DNA of 64,000 bases from Andalucia godoyi And28 (lineage: Eukaryota > Protista > Jakobida). Under the pieces are notes generated by a model. It worked only from the letters and a program-made list of their open reading frames with translations. It had not been told where the DNA came from and made no database searches. The position numbers and the translations under genes are program-made. Numbering within the stretch: position 1 is the stretch's first letter; each line of letters opens with the position of its first letter. Location of the stretch: NCBI GenBank assembly GCA_009859145.1, contig VRVR01000010.1, positions 1 to 64,000 on the forward strand, given 5' to 3'. This document shows, piece after piece, positions 61,701-64,000 of the stretch.

Positions 61701-62973
61701 CATTTTCGTAGATCGTGATCGACGAATCCTGATGCATGGTAACGAATGTCAAGGGATCTGCGTCTGACATCAGAACGCCACACAGAGGGGATCTTCCCCG
61801 AGGGATCGCAAGGGACCCGACAATCACACCTCGGGACACATCCAAGAACACGATTTCTGTTCGCAGCACCACGAGCAGCAGATTCGATGAGAAGCTGCGG
61901 GAACCAAACCAGGGCTGTGGGAAGAAAGCAGTATCAACAAACGCCGAGGCCGCGGGCTCCTCTCCCTTTGCAGGAGACGGAACCGGCACGGCAGTTCCCA
62001 ATCGGAGCCGACTTTCCAGCACTACGGGCGCAGTTCGGGGGCTGAGATCTCGGATCAAAACCACCAATCCCTGCTGTGAAACCAGTGCCAGGACCAAATC
62101 CGACTGAACCGGATGAAGCGCCATGGCGACCATTCGCTCCGGAAGAGCAACTTTCCATAACCTGTCATCTGATGATCTTTGGATTGACAACAAATGCAGA
62201 TGTGTCGGCGTCAACGCAAGCACATACGTCGGGCCATAAGGAATTAACTGAATAATCATTCCATTTCCCACCGATGCAGAACTTGAAGAGGAGGCCAACA
62301 CTGACGATGATGAAGACGACGGCAAGGATGATGCCGATGACGACGATGCCGATGACGACGAGGAGGAGGACGAAGACGAAGACGACGATGAGGACGAAGA
62401 CGACGAGGATGAAGAGGAAGAGGATGAATTGCACACGCTCCTTTGCAGAATTGTTCCGGTCGACACATCCCACGCAATCACTGTACCAGACGTGTCTCCG
62501 GAAACAAGAACATCAGGGACAAACGGCACCCAGGAAACACAAGTCACTGGAAACTCGTGGCCGACCAAAACATGGACCGACGGATCGTCCTCTTCAAATG
62601 CCGCCGAATTCGAGTGTTGAGAACGAGAGCCGCTGCTTGCGCAGTTCTTGGAGGACGGTCCGTTGTTGAACGTATCACGAATCAGAACAAGATGTTGCAG
62701 CCCCCATGCATGGAACCGCGATCCAAGAACGGACGAGTTATGAATCGGATGGAGCGAAGAGTAGATTGAGGGCGTTGGAGAAGGAACAGGAGACGGAATA
62801 GTGCTCAGTGGAAAAGCAGGTCCATAGAACTGGAAAAGTGAAGATGCATTCGGGCTCCCGACAGACGACAGCGAATTCGAGCTGCTTGCAATCGAAGCGT
62901 CCGATGCTACGTGTGTCATCGTTGATCCATGAGACGCCGACGAAGACAGTGCATTCCCAAAGAAGCGTCGCAT
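58762..62973 (-). CDS. WDR11: WD repeat-containing protein 11-like
   Basis: N-terminal WD (AWG..HLVLIRD...LVGHEFPVTCVSW, LVSGDTSGTVIAWDVSTG); C-terminal LLRGETNRAVQVYLDTP...LY and GEWSNAA; poly-Ser insertion. Confidence 0.8.
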   Translation of the reverse strand: MRRFFGNALSSSASHGSTMTHVASDASIASSSNSLSSVGSPNASSLFQFYGPAFPLSTIPSPVPSPTPSIYSSLHPIHNSSVLGSRFHAWGLQHLVLIRDTFNNGPSSKNCASSGSRSQHSNSAAFEEDDPSVHVLVGHEFPVTCVSWVPFVPDVLVSGDTSGTVIAWDVSTGTILQRSVCNSSSSSSSSSSSSSSSSSSSSSSSSSSASSSSASSLPSSSSSSVLASSSSSASVGNGMIIQLIPYGPTYVLALTPTHLHLLSIQRSSDDRLWKVALPERMVAMALHPVQSDLVLALVSQQGLVVLIRDLSPRTAPVVLESRLRLGTAVPVPSPAKGEEPAASAFVDTAFFPQPWFGSRSFSSNLLLVVLRTEIVFLDVSRGVIVGSLAIPRGRSPLCGVLMSDADPLTFVTMHQDSSITIYENVPNLQKLNAPASEKNKHRRPEEQNLLDVLQGFVPVAVADLVHALRRPRRPLPLLSVCRVSFMGGVTSIHAASSDGRAWTYSYVPPSASGSSGTVPDFVSPSLPTSLDLTPSDSAEELCETEEVDGKNDLLPPGFPPIAVRNEVRAHGRLDASIMCTSLLDWASSWATCLTFGHPSTLIAGSSTGTLAFYDAISMRLLRLLEVLPGQTVSSVSVCGSRFVLCSSLSQVVLVDMRSGRTTPLINPHTPAQTKKQVRQVRCGHGSNVALILFEKHPAECWKIDDISSAVLSTSSSNLSIPMSDLSVSDEIAKPLGSQKKLFTPILVRVLGTVPCAAATVSPAKPDCFCYALSGESGIIRVSSIDGTSRENSISLANLSAPLTTLEWVTDSRILGGDTQGNVLVMDRRSSRSKVVSTGHRTGIFKILAFPSLAAAAQALSVPVSDVSSADSTISAEQFQIVPSPQSATGSESADGASADGASSAEAGVQSSFSTAVGAAVSPQSPTLAMSVVVVTLHTDRTMLITDTSGNGFRCASLVGKNTSLPFRPVDVVVASRTVQHPNQSGYTGISVIWATEGGTIVVSDPNLSIGNSPFAAFSRRFSSNSSLGAGALLDSVGPSKWPDFWNCIRTRCANNEVLREAIASAVISRDVSEEHFWRAVDYHLSQDKNVVVSDAYRVRGLTSELFALGSALTGEDAKMMHQWTATSWDREYSQNRDNLVVPPGKARPVSLPIEWDGKSVFPKETAQSRQPTARASMGLIGLSDAERWVSEVAREWLLRGETNRAVQVYLDTPVTHPLYVNNQWKAFTLALSSPVAPDDSSTLSANDVLRVATTNLVSYAMNLAQSTDGRDRHTARTVVYEAVDMFLFSGEWSNAAQAFVGADMVMDAWAVLHAAGLQLQSSADVPGLAQSIALLQQRVSKTLSRFCTRDPFLGASVALSCSAVFSEGRQRWAEVSRVLVESEFEHAAARLKQVLAVEGIGAV

Positions 62974-63076
62974 CCCTTAGCCGTGAATGTTTCCAATAAC
63001 AGACTGAAACGATATATCTATCTATACGATGCAAGATGCAAGTGAATGAACGAACGAAGAAGTCGGGAAAACGAAA

Positions 63077-63152
63077 GACAGAAAGACAGAGAGAGACAGA
63101 GAGACAGAGAGACAGAGAGACAGAGAGACAGAGAGACAGAGAGACAGAGAGA
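63077..63152. repeat. Tandem (GAGACAGA)n
   Basis: Read directly. Confidence 0.92.
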
Positions 63153-63414
63153 GCAAGTTCCAAATCCCGTGAATTCAAGTCTCGGATTTCGTCTTGCATA
63201 ACAGAAGTGCAAAGCAAAAAAATACTAGCAGAACGCCGCTGTACGACGGATCAAAACGGCGAGCAGCAGGTTTGCAGCACTGCAACGGTACACCTCTGTG
63301 GATCATTGCGTCTGGACTCGAGACATGCAGATCCGTTATGTGTTTTCTTTATCTACTTTGTCGTACATGCACTGCGTGGGCTGATTGGCACGTTGTTGGT
63401 TCACTTTCGACGCA

Positions 63415-63990
63415 TCAAACGTGATCATCAAAGTGGCTATCGTCGCTATGGACGTACGAGTACACGGATTGCATGTCCACCATCTCGTGCGAAACCTGCT
63501 TTTGTGTTTCCTTTGCCTTCGCTTTCATGATGATCTTGTGAACAGCATGCGCAGGATGTCGATATGCAAAGAATTGCCAGAGTGCCCCAGCATCAAAAAA
63601 CAGTGCTCCTAGAGATCCGCAGAGCCACGGAAGCCGCTGCATCACGTACAGCGTCTCCTGACTGAACAAAAGAATGGACACGCCATACGTGGAGTTTCCA
63701 AGAACAGCAAATGTGAATAGCAAAACAGAAACGCCGTCTGTGGATTTTCGACGGTAATTCAGCACAAGCTGCGGAATCCGCGATCCAAGATAGCATATCG
63801 CTGCGATTGTACCAAGGCTGAATCCAATGATTGTCTGCTGATCCCAGCCCGATACGTTCTCGCAGTATGCTGTACTGCTGCTATTCGCATCCGATTCTGT
63901 CAACAACAGCCTTCGAGCCACCACCCGGCTGATGTCGCTCTCTAAAGAATTACTCTGTGCATTTACCTGGAAAACGGAGTGTCGCAACAA
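63415..63990 (-). CDS. PQ-loop lysosomal/vacuolar amino-acid transporter (PQLC2/Ypq-like), 5'-partial
   Basis: LGTIAAICYLGSRIPQLVLNYRRKSTDGVS, FAVLGNSTY, LPWLCGSLGALFFD...QFFAY; the N-terminus lies beyond the window. Confidence 0.88.
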   Translation of the reverse strand: MLRHSVFQVNAQSNSLESDISRVVARRLLLTESDANSSSTAYCENVSGWDQQTIIGFSLGTIAAICYLGSRIPQLVLNYRRKSTDGVSVLLFTFAVLGNSTYGVSILLFSQETLYVMQRLPWLCGSLGALFFDAGALWQFFAYRHPAHAVHKIIMKAKAKETQKQVSHEMVDMQSVYSYVHSDDSHFDDHV

Positions 63991-64000
63991 GAAGAAGACA

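Overview
Gene-dense, intron-poor eukaryotic nuclear DNA from a flagellated protist (BBS8, TCTEX1D2, zeta-tubulin, WDR11). A phagotrophic lifestyle is inferred from the secreted hydrolases, and the compact architecture would fit a jakobid-like discobid, but the taxon cannot be fixed from this window. About 38 protein-coding genes, mostly intronless. The few introns found have GTATGT donors and are 107-140 nt long. Two identical tRNA-Gly(GCC) genes lie in inverted orientation, and there are many microsatellites. Highlights: (1) a tail-to-tail pair of a secreted PHB depolymerase and a bacterial-type D-3-hydroxybutyrate dehydrogenase, next to a bacterial-type WbpP-like epimerase, which suggests a eukaryotic module for eating prey polyhydroxybutyrate; (2) a securin/Patronus-like protein with KEN, D-box, ABBA and pseudo-substrate-like motifs; (3) a diverged ~170-nt non-coding element in at least 4 same-strand intergenic copies; (4) a virus-like YqaJ/lambda-exonuclease with a mitochondrial presequence, and a Nudix protein; (5) tRNA-Gly genes with an atypical A1-U72 pair flanking a CENP-L-like ORF. 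All family calls come from motif recognition by eye; no searches were run.
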